Positions 12,001 to 25,400 are shown, counted from the stretch's first letter. The stretch: DNA of 64,000 nucleotides from Lytechinus pictus (GCF_037042905.1 NC_087259.1:5828001-5892000); one strand, 5' to 3'. Made by a program: numbers and translations. Notes: generated from the sequence alone by a model not told the origin.

Positions 12001-12901
12001 CATTATTTTCATATGATGACAAAATGTCCTTAGAATGTCCAGGTCCTAGATCAAATATAAAAATAATAAAAATATCAGCTTGCGCTTCGCGCTCACATCA
12101 TTTATTAAGAGCGATCCATAATATCCATTTCACAATTTTCCTACATAGTGCTTGAATTAGTGCTTAAATTGACCCTTTTTCAGATAGGAATATCAAATAT
12201 TTTCAGCTCGCGCTTCGCGATCACATTATCGATTTCAATGATAAAAAATATATTTAGAATGCCCAGATCAAAACTTAAACACACGCACGCATGTTTATTG
12301 AGATACACAGCTTTTTCTTTATTCAAAACGTGCTTAAATTATCAATTTTCAGACTAAAATGTTCTGCTCGCGCTTCGCGCTCACATTATTGATTTAGGAT
12401 ACCCAATTACCCATTCTTTTCATGATTTACAAAACATGAATAGAGTGACCCTTTTTTAGGTCTAAATCTCAATCTTTCCGCTCACGCTTCGCGCTCGCAT
12501 TGTTTAGTTATATGCCTATCCTGCCAATGATTATAAAATATGCATAGAATTTCCATTTTTGGGGATGGAATGTAACAATTTTCAGCTTGCGCTTCGCGCT
12601 CGCTTTATTTGATTATTGAATATGTATCGCTTAATGGTTAACTACAAAAAATCCTCAACAAGTCCGTTTTCGATGAGTTATACGCATTTTGTTCAGGATC
12701 ACAAACATTGCCCAGAATGTTAGATTTTAAGGACAAGATACATGAAATTTCCAACAACAAAAATAGCTCGCGCTCGCACTATTTAAATATGGCTTATGAG
12801 ATTACTATGTTTTATAAGAATAAAGCGGCCGATCGGGGAAAATATGGGTGACAATTTTTTCGCCCCCCCCCCCTTATTGGCGAAAGCTGGATCCGCCCCT
12901 G
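9003..12901. mobile_element. Non-autonomous DNA transposon (CAGGGGCGGATCCAG-type TIR) interrupted by a 2.2-kb insertion
   Basis: Left end CATAGGCAGATCCAG, right end CTGGATCCGCCCCTG; same internal GCTCGCGCTTCGCGCTCGC motif; no clean TSD. Confidence 0.65.
9639..11797. mobile_element. Non-autonomous DNA transposon with 4-bp TSD (Sola2-like termini)
   Basis: ATTA|GGGCGATTCCA...TGGAATCGCCC|ATTA; internal TGTCCCGTACGACACA repeats; no transposase ORF. The superfamily call is tentative. Confidence 0.75.
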
Positions 12902-13739
12902 AATTTAGGCATACTTCACCACCCCCAGCCAAGAAATCGTTCCCATGGCCCTGGATAATTCCTTATGTAATGAGAGTGTCTCAGCCAGCAAAACGATCTC
13001 GCTTTCCCAAAACGATTCATGCACTCGTTTAACCCCGTCAACATACCAGCATAATCAGGGAGAAACATTACTCATGCCCATCTGGGACGGTGGAGCATGT
13101 GGATGAAAATACATCTGTTTTTGGATAACATGCAGGATGTGCTTGCTCGTGCTCGCGTAGAGCCCTTGGCGGGTTTCGGCTAGAAATATACAGGATAGTT
13201 CAGGCAGTTAAGGTTGACAAAAACAGCCTCTGTTTAAAAGAATTACACAGTCAATCTTCTACATGTATTTCTTCAATGGTAAGTTAACCTTGACAGTAAG
13301 TTTATTTCGACTTCAACAAAATAGAGAAAATATCGGGGAAGTTGGGGAAAGTTTAGCATGTAATCTACGGGGAGGCTGCAGCTTTTGTCTCTGTCTTTGC
13401 GAGTCTGATGCTGCTACACGAAACGTCAGCAAAACATCCGATGCTGAAGACTTCGCACTGTACGTGGCTGCTAACATTAAATGTGAAATCTCGTCAAACG
13501 TTCACTGATATTGTTCTGTTATGTTTCTGTTGGCATTGCCCCCCCCCCGATTTCAGATCACATCACCTATAAATCCACAGGCATGGTGAAATCTGACACC
13601 GCCAAGGCATTGGCAAAGCCTCAGTAATGTGTGTGCTCGAGTATCAACAGTTAGTATCAATATTGGGAACACATGAGTAATTCAAACTCCCATTCATTTA
13701 CGTGTTAAATCGTTAAATCACAGCTCATCGAAAACACAT

Positions 13740-13917
13740 CCTGGTGGGTGTTTCATAAAGCTGTTCGTAAGATACGAATTACTTTACGCACGACTGGTGA
13801 TCCTTTTTTGTGCTATGCGACATCCCTATGTAATTGAGTTATGACCTAAGAACAGGTTCCAGTCGTGCGTAAAGTCGTTCGTAACTTTACGAACAGCTTT
13901 ATGAAACACCCACCAGG
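13740..13917. mobile_element. Palindromic MITE
   Basis: CCTGGTGGGTGTTTCATAAAGCTGTTCGTAA...TTACGAACAGCTTTATGAAACACCCACCAGG; related to 46319-46507. Confidence 0.85.
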
Positions 13918-13955
13918 TTAAACTAAAATTATATAAGACTAAGCATAATTTCAGT

Positions 13956-14682
13956 AACTGGGCGTTGTGGTGTGCACCTGAAATCCAAGCAGCATGGGTA
14001 GTTTCGAACTGATACAGAGGTTCGAAGTTCGAGTCTGGTCACATCTATCGGATGGTGACGTTAAATGACAAGTCCGACCAAACAAAAAGAGTTGATTTGA
14101 ATAATTGGGAAAAAATCCAACAAACATAACGCTGAAAATTTTATCAAAATTGGATGTAACATGTGGAAGAAATGGCGTTAAAGTTTTGCTTAATTTTACA
14201 AAACAGTTGTATGCACATCCTGAGCTGTATGCAAATGAGGGACTGATGACACTATTTACCCCACCATATTTTTAAATTTCATACATGGAATAGGAATTAT
14301 TTTAATTTTCTCCTCATGGTCATGTGACACAAAGTTAATTCCTTCCTGAAGATGTAGAATTGCCATTGTAATAATTTGCGGTTCAGTCAAATTTGTCATT
14401 GTCAAATCTGTAAAAATTGTAACATTCAAACAATAAATAACACATGAAATAGCAAGTGAGGGTCATCATCGAGTATCTCACTATAATATCATTGAAATGT
14501 GAATAAAACTATTTGGGAAAATTGAGCAAAACTTTAAAATGTCTTATCTTTGTTATTTTACATCCCATTTTGACATTTTCAGCATCATGCTTTTTCATTT
14601 TTCTTTATTGATTCAAATCAACACTTTTTCTGGGATGGACTTCTTGATACACGTCTGTAAAAACCCAAACACACACACACAC
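13956..14682 (+). mobile_element. 7SL-headed SINE, copy 2, split by a Kolobok-type insertion
   Basis: AACTGGGCGTTGTGGTGTGCACCTGAAATCCAAGC...ATCGGATGGTGACGTTAA at 13956-14064; tail TTGATACACGTCTG plus (CA)n resumes at about 14644. Confidence 0.7.
14065..14642. mobile_element. Kolobok-type non-autonomous element, diverged copy
   Basis: TTAA|ATGACAAGTCC...CTGGGATGGACTT; similar throughout to 2887-3471; right terminus eroded. Confidence 0.75.
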
Positions 14683-15289
14683 TCTCTCCCACACACATTG
14701 CACACGGATTTTCTTTTCTTTTTTTAATGCTTTTTAGCCTTTATTCAGATAATATCACATTTTTCATACATACTGGGGTAATAAATAAAATATACAAAAC
14801 AAAGTGAAGTACATGTATGCAGCAATATAACAAATGAAATATTATACATTATGATAAACATTTTTTAACAAAGATTATCACAACCCATAATACAAACAGA
14901 GAAAACAGTTATTTTCACTTGTATTTACTGTATAATAATGCGGTATTGTATGATGAAAAAAATCCAAACATAAAGATATTTTAAATTCTGAACGAATAAT
15001 AAAATTGGTATATATAATACTTTGTTTAATAAAGATGTGAATAGGCTATCCCATAATAAAAATGTATATATTTATATCTCCATATTTTGTAAGACAATAC
15101 AACATAGAAAGATGAAAGATGGTCGAGTAATAGCAAAAATAACAACCAACAATGGCAAACCGATGAATAAAGTAATCCGTAACGAAAGTGACCTCCGATT
15201 CTCATAAACATTTAAATGACATAAAATGAATTATCATCATTTCATTATATAGCTGACAAATAAGCGGAACTCCTATGTTTTGTTTTTCA

Positions 15290-18200
15290 GCTCCTTCATT
15301 GATAATATGGACCGCCTATTTTCTGTTAGGAAGACTTTCTTTGATTGTTTGATTCATCAAATTTTATTATATACAATCTTTTAAGATTTTTTCTGTGTAT
15401 TTTTTGTGTAATTTATGTTTACATGGTATTACTTTTTTTATCAACAACTTTTGAGTTTGTATCACCTGTTTATGGTCAAGTATCCGTGTAGTAAATGTAA
15501 TAAACCAGTAAAGAGTAACCAACAGGCCCTTTTATGTACCTCATGTGAAAAATGGGCACATATAGTGTGCGAGGGAATTCACAAATCCAAATATGATGAT
15601 TTAAACGAAACTTTCGAAAACTGGCAGTGTACCGTGTGTATTTTGAAACAATTTCCCTTTTGGGATCAGGAATGTATTCCGTCTGTAGAAAATTACGTTA
15701 TGAATTGTTCTCATTTTCCAAATAATACCCAAGTTGAAGATCATGCATACAATATACTTACTGATTTTCCAAATGATAAAGGCATTAAAGTTAGCTCATC
15801 TAAACATCAGAAGTTTGAGAAATAAAATTACAGATGTGCAGCAATTTCTTATGTCAAATCCTTTTGATATTTTAGGACTATCAGAAACATGGTTGAACGA
15901 TGATTGTTCAAACAATATAATATCCATTGATGGTTATAAGATTGAAAGGAAAGACAGGGAAAGTTCTGGTGGGGGTGTAGGATGTTACATCAGTGAGAAA
16001 TTTAATTACATGAGAAGAATAGATCTAGAAACCAAAGAAGCCTAGAAGCAAATGTTGAAAAAGTAATATCATTATCAAATTATATCATTTTGATGGGTGA
16101 TTTCAATTGCAACATGAGTAATAATAATGCGTTGTCTAAAACAATTAAGGATATTTGTCATACTTATCAGCTTAACCAGTTAATTAATGACCCCACACGA
16201 GTTACACCTCACAGTAGCACAATCATCGATTTAATACTTACCTCAAATTCGATTGAAAGTGTTAAGTCGGGTGTAATCTCTATTGGTTTTAGTGACCACT
16301 GTTTGACTTTTGTAGTAGTGAAAGGCAAGCACACAATGTTTCATTCTAAAATAAGTAAATTTAGGTCTTTTCGCAACTTTGATGAAAACAGATTTCGAGA
16401 TGACTTGAAAAATCAAAACTGGAATGATTTCAATAACGAAAACGTTCAAGTTGACGAACTGTGGTCACATTTCAAATCTTTGTTTACTACTGTACGTGAT
16501 AAACATGCACCTTTTATTTCTGTCAGAAGAAAAAGAAATGGAATACCTTGGATTACAAATGAATACATAAATTTGGCACGTGACCGTGATTTCTTTAAGA
16601 AAAAGTTCTAAAAAACGAAAAGTGATTATTATTGGAAAAAGTTTAAGTACTATCGAAACAGAGCAAATAATTTGAATAAATTTCTTAAAAAAGAATATTA
16701 CCGGAATAAGTTTTCAGAATGTGGAAATGATTTGAATAAAAATTGGAAAGTTCTCAAAGGGCTTTTACCATCACAGAAACAGGAAATAAACAACACAATC
16801 CTGATTGATGAAGAAATGATATCTGACAAAGTAAAGGTGGCAGGTTTACTGAATGAAGCTTTTAATAAAGTAGGCTCAAACCTACAAACAAGCTCAAGTT
16901 CCAACACAGTAGACGGTGCTTTTAACGATTTACACACGTTAACTCAAACTAATTATTCTTTTGAATTTCAAGAAATTAAATCTGAATTTGTCAAAAACGA
17001 ACTACGCAATATTGATTGTAAAAAGGCTATAGGAATGGACGGTCTACATCCTAAGTTACTAAAAGTATCTGCTGATATAATTGCGGAACCACTTTCTAAA
17101 TTGTTGAACTTATCACTAAAAACTTCTCAATTTCCATCTGATTTCAAAGTCGCAAAAATCACGCCAATTCACAAGGGTGGCTCGCTCAGTGTTGACAATT
17201 TCAGGCCCATTTCAATACTGCCCTCTATGTCAAAAATCCTTGAGAAAGCAGTACACAAACAATTGTATTCGTATCTTAACCAAAATAGTTTATTATCGGA
17301 ACGTCAATCTGGATTCAGACCACTCCATTCCACAGCCACGTGCCTTACAGAAATTAATGACTACCTGTTTGAAAATATGAATCATGGTCAGATTACGGGA
17401 GCTATATTTTATGATCTAAAAAAGGCATTTGACGTAATTCCACACGAAATAATACTTGATAAACTAATGTGTTAATATAGATGATTATTGTAGTGAGTTT
17501 TTAACTGTGAAATCAGGGGTGCCCCAGGGGTCAATCCTTGGCCCCTTGATCTTGTGTCTATATATTAACGATATTAACAACTTAAGAATTCATACAAATT
17601 CCAAGATTTCACTTTATGCAGATGATACCGTTATTTTTAACAATTCTCATAACTTTTCTGAAGTTCAATTGAATTTACAAAATGACTTTGATTTAATATG
17701 CAAGTGGTTTGATATTAATAAGATGTATATTCATCCACAGAAAACCATGGTCATGCCTTTCGGCACTAAAAGAAAGCTAGATAATCACCAATTCAAGATC
17801 AAATTATACGATAACTACTTGCAGTGTGTTGATAAAATGAAATATCTTGGGGTTATACTCGACTCGCAACTGACCTGGTCTGACCATGTAAGATATATAT
17901 GTAATAAAATATCACGTACAATTGGATGTATTCGCCGCATAAAGCAATTAATACCCCATAAAACTCTTGTAACCTTACATTTTGCTTTAATTTTACCACA
18001 TATTGATTATTGCTGCACTGCATGGGGAAGTTGTTCAAAAACAAATCTTTCCAAACTACAAAAATTACAAAATAGATATGCAAGATTAATATTAAATAAG
18101 GATTATAACACACCGCAGTGTACACTTCTTACAACCCTAAATTGGCAATCCGTTGAACAAAGACTTAAATATCACTACTGTTTATTAGTATTTAAAATAA

Positions 18201-18690
18201 TTAATGTAAAAGCCCCTAACTATTTAAAATCGCTTATTACTTATCGCACCTTTAAATATTGTACCCGCTATGCACTAAATTCTCTCCTCGACATTCCATT
18301 CCCCAAAACTGAATTCAAAAGAAAGTCATTCTCTTATAAAGCAAGCTCCCTATATAATAAACTCCCATTTTCAGTTCAATCCACAAATTCTATAAATTCT
18401 TTTAAACGAGGTTACCTATTGGCCAAACATTTATTATAACAAAGTATCTTCTAGTATTCTTTCCTTTTTGTTTATTTGTTTTCTTTTTTATATTTATTTT
18501 ATAGATTATAACTTTTTATATTGATTTTCACTTGTATTTATATATATTATCATGTTTATGTTCTATTTTATGTTTGTAAAGGGGGAGGGCTTCGTTGTAA
18601 AGCAGTTTTATAACTGAACCGAACTACCCTCCACCTTATTTTATCATTTGTTATAAATAAAACATGAATAAATAAATAAATAAATAAATA
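15290..18690 (+). mobile_element. Degenerate CR1/L2-group LINE (PHD finger, AP endonuclease, reverse transcriptase)
   Basis: PHD finger (CSKC...CTSC..WAH..C...WQCTVC), APE motifs (HLNIRSL, LSETWL, MGDFN, SDH), RT motifs (NFRPISIL, DLKKAFD, GVPQGSILGP, LYADD); broken by stops, frameshifts and deletions; (AATA)n tail. 5' boundary approximate. Confidence 0.92.
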
Positions 18691-19255
18691 CTCATGAGTA
18701 CCCGAGCGCCATCTCTCGGCGCTTTCCTACTTCCTTTAACAAGAGTGATTTGAACAATTATAGTGATAAGATATTTATATTGTTATTATTTTCATATAGT
18801 ATGTGTATAAAAGACCCATTGATTTATTATCATCACTATACTATTATTATGATTAATGATATTTTTGTTGTTTTTAAGATAATTATAATCATTCAAGTGA
18901 CAAATAACTAACTAAATGAATAAACAAATGCAGTTCATCCCTCAAACTTTTTCTTACAAATAACAAACTAATGAATGTTAAAAAGCATCTGATTTTGTAC
19001 CGTTAAAAAACGTTGGATGACCGTAACACTCTTTACACAAATACCTATATAAAAATCGAAATCCACATTTTTTTTTTGTAAATCATAAACGAATAGTCTC
19101 GTCTCGAGTTCAGTTGAACTAAAATAGAGTAGTATCCATCTTTTTTTAAGATCTTGACTATCCTGACTCGAAAGCTCTTTCATGATTATGGAGTACCTAC
19201 GCTCGTAAAAAAACATGGTTCCAGAAGTAAAAAAAAATACACAACTCTAGATTCT

Positions 19256-19581
19256 CTGGCCCGTATTCTGAAATCGGGTTTAAATTAAACCCTGGTTTAA
19301 AGATGTTGTTTAACTCTTGAGAGCCAATTGGAGCAAAAATCCCCGACAGTACACATTCATTTTATCAACTCATATGGTATTTAAATTGTTCATAATTGTC
19401 TGGGAATGATAACTGAAGTATTTTTTTTTATTGTGAAAACAAAAGGAGACGAAAGAGTAAACATTAGAAATATACATATAAAGATTTTTTTTTTGGCTGC
19501 CTATGATTTTAGCACAGAGTTAGACCGTGGTCTAAGTTGAACCTGACTTGAGAATACGGACTGACTTCAGAATACGGACCT
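19256..19581. mobile_element. MITE, CTGGCCCGTATTCTGAAGTC family
   Basis: TIRs GGCCCGTATTCTGAA...TTCAGAATACGGACC; other copies at 41470 and 63967. Confidence 0.8.
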
Positions 19582-19669
19582 CTGTGTAAAGTTGATGCAA
19601 ATACACTGTAAAAATTCACCATGAAACATCTGTGTTACCCATTATTGCACCAAGCAAACACGATAAGCA

Positions 19670-20086
19670 GGTTTATTTCCAATTCTTCTAATGCCAATTC
19701 GTCCAATTGCCAACTCGTCAACTGTCATTTGGTCTTCCGTCAGTTTGTCTACTATCCACACGGTCTTATTTCTAATTCATCAACTCATCATTTCGTCTAA
19801 TAATTTGTTGGTCCAATCGCCATTTAGTCCATACACCATTTGGTCTAAATGGACTAAGAGTTAATTGGGCAAAATGAATGAAAATAAAATGGATATCCGA
19901 CCAACTGGTTAGGAGACGAAATGGTGATTAGACGAAGTGATTAGACGGAGTGATGATTTTACTAAATCGTTATTGGAACAAATGGTTGTTAGACGAAATG
20001 CTGATGGACGGAATGGCATTAGCCTAAATGAAAGTAGACCATGTGGTGAGTGGACGTGTTGGCACTAGACGAACTGGCAATTTACC
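19670..20086. mobile_element. Fold-back MITE with ~20-bp subrepeats and an 8-bp TSD
   Basis: GGTTTATTTCCAATT...CTGGCAATTTACC flanked by GATAAGCA/GACAAGCA; TTCGTCTA-type repeats on the left arm and TAGACGAA-type on the right. Confidence 0.75.
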
Positions 20087-20208
20087 GACAAGCATGATTA
20101 TTTTTACCCAGTGATTGATAATTCTGTATTCAATATTTCTATAGGGTACACGCTTTCCCGTTTGTTGTAATACTCTGCAGATGCATGTGGACTTCCAGCT
20201 GATGCAAC

Positions 20209-20364
20209 ATGGTATCGAAGGGCATGCGGCAATTTGTCATCTTCACATTTGTTGTGGGGTCATTTCTTCTTGCCTTCATAACAATAATGCAATTTTCAAC
20301 AACCGTTAACCAACACACCGAGCCTTTCCCTCTAAACCACATTCCACCATCAAGACTATTTATG
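20209..20364 (+). CDS. NXPE: NXPE-family gene A, coding exon 1 (type II signal-anchor)
   Basis: First ATG after an in-frame TGA; MVSKGMRQFVIFTFVVGSFLLAFITIMQFSTTVNQHTEPFPLNHIPPSRLFM; donor GTAAGT in phase 0 matches the next exon. Not in the supplied ORF track. Confidence 0.7.
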
Positions 20365-20461
20365 GTAAGTCACAAACAGTCTCAATGAAAGCCGTGTTCA
20401 TGAAATTCTGCTTTCATTGATTTTAGATAAATATTTTTACAGCAGTCGCACCGACAACCCT

Positions 20462-20642
20462 CCCCGGGGGGAGGGAGGGGGCACGTCCTTTGACGAGTGG
20501 GTACCAGACGCGAACATGGGATTTCGAAAAGCACCCTAAACAAGTATTTTTCCATATCATGAAAATGCACTCCTTAACAAGTATGGACATGTGAAACCCT
20601 ACCCTTATCAAGTATTGGAAATAAAACGGTAGGCATACCCTT
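20462..20642. mobile_element. Left part of a CCCGGGGG-terminated DNA element that is split by the Gypsy insertion and resumes at 27222
   Basis: CCCCGGGGGGG start; CCCT..ACAAGTA subrepeats occur on both sides of the LTR element. Confidence 0.55.
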
Positions 20643-20794
20643 TGTTACGATATCAGTATTGATATCTAAGCACTTCATCCACCTCCCGCAAAATGGACAC
20701 CATGCCTGTTGATTGACCCGCCTGGCCTGTATAATAAAACTGTATCATACATATTACTATCAAAGTCTCCACCAGAGTCCTTTGTATTGGATCA
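20643..20794 (+). repeat. 5' LTR (152 bp)
   Basis: TGTTACGATATC...TATTGGATCA; about 9 substitutions and 1 indel relative to the 3' LTR. Confidence 0.95.
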
Positions 20795-21456
20795 TGGTGG
20801 AAGCTGAAACTAGTGGTCGCGATCGAAATGACAAAGGAACCAGCTACTATTGGGAAGTAACTAACCCAGCTGGCACAGCCACGGGTGCCCGCTCGCCCCG
20901 GCTATCGCATCGCTACTGTACGTGAATACCGTACTGTGCATACCCTATGCACTGTCACAGCAAACCAAACCGTGTTGTGTGAAGGAGCGAGATGCCAACG
21001 GTGACTGTAAACAATCAAATAAAGCCTGAATAAGTTATAATTGTGTTCAATCACTGACACAGAAGTCTGCAACAGAAGATCAACATGCACTAAAAGTTGA
21101 TAAAACCTAAATTACTTCATTTTCTGGACTGGAGTGTGAACAATGAATTGATACTTTCCTAATATTAATTGTAAATCTGGAGTGTGAGAAGTGAGTGGGA
21201 GTGACCAGCATTTTCACTGCATGAAACACCTAATGACATTCACACAGGGCTGTGAGTGCGTTACAGGTATCATCACCAGTCGACCTGTGACTGTAAGGAG
21301 CGTTCACACGTGGATATGATCAGACATTAATATCTACACTCATTCGTTTAAATACCTAATACGTACAGCGAACAAACACAATGAGTAGTGGAAAATATCC
21401 AGAAATGAACTGGGAGGCAACAGACCTACCCGAAGAGTTCCAGCTTTTAAGACAAT

Positions 21457-21857
21457 AGGCGGTGCTGCACCATCCCGAGTTTGCCCAATCTCGAGATTTT
21501 AGCCCGATCGGCCCTCTTCGCGATTAATGTCGAGATTCAAGAAACCCTGTCTCCACCATCGCAAGAAGAGCAATTCCTGCTCGAGCGAGGCATCGATGCA
21601 CTATGGTCTGACGCCGTGAATAAATAATCCCGAGTGTGTCTGCACCTACGAATTAGCGCGATAAATCGTGAAATAGCGCGCTATTTTGCAAATAATCCCA
21701 AGTTGACTTGGGATTGCAATCTCGAGATTAATCCTACGAACTAGCGCGATAATTGCGTCTCCATTGAAAATAATGTAGAGATTGTTCAGATCGGGATAAT
21801 TTGCCGCATCAAAAATAGCGCGCTAATTTGAAAACTCGGGATGGTGCAGACGGCCCT
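21457..21857. mobile_element. MITE inserted in gag (copy 1; AG...CT ends, 3-bp TSD, Harbinger-like)
   Basis: TIR core CTGCACCATCCCGAGTTT/AAACTCGGGATGGTGCAG; flanks AAT/AAA; removing it restores gag ...LRQRMEL... Confidence 0.85.
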
Positions 21858-22015
21858 AAAGAATGGAGCTGATTCTAGCAGACCAAGACATAACTGATCA
21901 GAGAAAAGTGGCTATAAAATCAAGATTGCTGTAGGCAATGAAGGCTTGCGTCGAATCAATGCATCGGGGCTATCAGAGACCGATAAAGAAAAACCGCAAG
22001 AGCTATGGAGACTAT

Positions 22016-22409
22016 AGGGCCGTCTGCACCATCCCGAGTTTTCAAATAAGCTCGCTATTTCTGATCCGGCAAATTATCCCGATCTGAACGATCTCGAGAT
22101 TATTTGCAATGGAGACGCAATTATCGCGCTTGTTCGTAGGATTAATCTCGAGATTGCAATCCCAAGTCAACTTGGGGTTTTTGCAAAATAGCGCGCTATT
22201 TTACGAATTATCGCGCTAATTCGTAGGTGCAGACGCACTCGGGATTATTAATTCACGGCGTCAGACCTTAATGCATCGATGCCTCGCTCGAGCAGGAATC
22301 GCTCTTATTGCGATGGCGGAGACGGGGTTTCTTGAATCTCGAGATTAATCGCGAAGAGGGCCGATCGGGCTAAAATCTCGAGATTTAGCAAACTCGGGAT
22401 GGTGCAGCA
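22016..22409. mobile_element. Same MITE family, copy 2, opposite orientation
   Basis: Close reverse complement of 21457-21857; right terminus clipped. Confidence 0.85.
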
Positions 22410-25400
22410 TAGAGGCATAGTTAAAGGTCAATATCAATTTTCGCATACAACGCATAGAGCTAATGCGGTACAGGCAGAAACCAGATGAAACGATCGATGA
22501 ATTCGTAATCAGGTATAGGGACAAAGCCAAACATTGCGATTTCGAGGAAGCTGAGTTAAATGAGCGAATCATGGAGCTAGTGATTGCGTCAACTCCAAGT
22601 CTCGAATTCCAAAAGTCATTGCTAGATCAACCGAAAGGTTACAAGGTCGAATAAATTTTGGTAGAAGGTCGTAAATATGAGGCAGTCGCTGCGAGCCGAC
22701 AATGTCTTGAGACACTAGACCCTAAACAGAATATCGATTCGTTCAAGCGTAACCAGGGACGAAAAACGTGTGGTAACTGCGGACGTTTCCACAAACCTCG
22801 TCAGTGCCCTGCGTATGACGATGAGTGCCGTGCCTGTGGCACCAAGGGCCATTGGGCCAAATTCTGTCGTAAATCGAAAAATGATCGTAGTCGTAAACAG
22901 AATCGTAGATCAGATGACCGAAGATCCGACACGGTATCTGATGATCGTAAACCAAAACAAAACAAATCACGATCAAAGTCGAAAAGTCGGAGGAGTAAAC
23001 CGATAAGCGAAATGGACATAACACATGATACTACCACATATCATGATCATTATCAATCTACAGATAGTCCATTCAACGTAGCACAATTCGACACCATACA
23101 CACTAATGGACCACACACAGTTGTAAATCTAGAAGGTACTGTAGCATTTGCTAACATTGACATAATGTGCCCACAGAGAGTAGGTCAACATAAGCTTTAC
23201 CTAAAAGTGGACTCGGGGGCAAGTGCTAACACTATCACCGTACGTACCGCCAAAGCAATATACGGTCCAAAGTGGGAATCAGTAGTGAAACAAACAACAG
23301 TAAAACTTGTAGCTTACGGAGAGACACCAATTCCATGTAAGGGTACACTAGACATAAAGTGTAGATACAAGAGTACAAAATGGTCAACACAGACATTCTA
23401 TGTAGCAGATGTCAAGGGTCCGGCGATCATAGGGTTGTTAGGTTGCACTGACCTTGGAATTATCACAATCCACTCAATGCACAACAAAGCACCTACACCC
23501 AATCCTAAACCTAAACAAACACCTATCACAAGTGTAAGGGATCTCAAACAAGCATATCCGAATCAGTTTGACGCTATTGGTAGTTTCCGGGGGAAGGCGA
23601 TGCTTCATGTCAAGGACGACGCTAAACCTTCCATAGACGCACCCCGCAAGTGCAGCGTACACTTGAAAGACAAAATCAAGGCGGAACTGGACAATATGGA
23701 GCAGCAAGGAGTCATCAGAAAAATCGAGTACCACACCGATCGGTGCAGCTCCATGACCACTGTTGTGAAGAAAGATGGATCCATCAGGATTTGTCTTGAC
23801 CCCAGGAGGTAAAATGATGCCTTGAAGAGATGCCCGCACACGTTACCAACCTGGAAGAGGTCGAACCTGTCTTCGCAGGAGCCCAGTACTTCTCTAAGTT
23901 AGACGCGAAGGCTGGTTACTGGTCGGTTCACCTATCAGAGGAGTGCCAGGATCTCACCACATTCCGTACACCATTTGGAAGGTACTGCTTCCAAAGACTA
24001 CCGTTTGGGTTATGTACTAGTCAGGATATCTTCCAGCAGCAAATGGATATGATCGTCCAAAATGTTCCAGGCTGCATATGCATCGCAGATGACATAGCGA
24101 TCGTAGGAAGAACTAAGGAGGAACACGATAAGAATCTCTACTTACTCATGGAGACAGCAAAGCAAGAAGGCTTAGTGTTCAACAGCTCCAAGTGTGCTAT
24201 CAAGAAGAAAGTCATCAACTTCTTTGGTTCCAAGTACACCAGATCAGGTATCTACCCAGATCCGAGCAAGATAGAAGCTATCACATCAATGCCATCACCC
24301 AAGGACAAGGAAGATGTTCAGAGATGCCTAGGATTATTCACATACCTAGCAGCATACATTCCTAACTTCTCAGAGAAGTCAGCGCCACTTCGAGAACTTC
24401 TACACAAGAAAGTACCATTCATCTGGGACGATGATCATGAACATTCCTTGAACAGCCTGAAACGTGCAGTATCATCAGGTGCATGTCTACAATTCTATGA
24501 CCCAAAGAAAGATACAACTCTTGAGGTAGATGCATCGATGAAAGGGCTTGGAGCATGCCTGCTCCAGGAAGGCAAACCAGTTGCATTTGCATCAAGAAGT
24601 CTTTCCACTGCACAGTCCAACTATTCCAACATACAGAGGGAAATCTTAGCCCTAGTGTTTGGTATCAACCGCTTCCATACATATCTGTTCGGGAAGGAAT
24701 TCACCGTCATAACAGATCACAGACCATTGGAGATGATATGGAAGAAACCTCTTAGATGTGCACCACCACGTCTACAGAGATTGCTTATTAAAGTCCAAGG
24801 ATACCGATGTCAAGTCAAGTATCGACCAGGAAAAGACATGATTCTTTCCGATACCTTGAGCCGACTTCCTATTAAATCCAAAGGAAGCACGCGATGTTCC
24901 GCTAGATGTCAGAGTGGAATCCATCTGCTCTGAAGCCGAAGATTCGCACCAGATTGACTTGATATTCTTCGGACAACACAAGATAACAGAGCTTCAGAGA
25001 GAAACGGCTAATGATCCCGTTCTCAGATCACTATGGCAAATAGTCACTCAGGGATGGCCTGAGACCATCCTTGCCGACATCCCTTCGTCAATTTTGGTAT
25101 TACGGAGATGAAATCGGAGTATCACACGGAGTACTCTTGAAGGGAAGTCAAGTCATCATACCGAAGACACTAAGGAATGACATCCTTAGACAGCGTCACC
25201 TAGGACACATGAGAATCGAAAGCACGAGGCGACTTGCTCTTGAGACAGTGTTCTGGCCAAACATCAACAAGGACATTGATCAGTTGATAAAGCAGTGTGA
25301 AACATGCCAGAAACACCAAGCAAGACAGCAGAAAGAGCCACTGCATCCCCATGATGTGCCACCAGCACCATGGACCAGACTGGGAACCGACTTGTTCATG

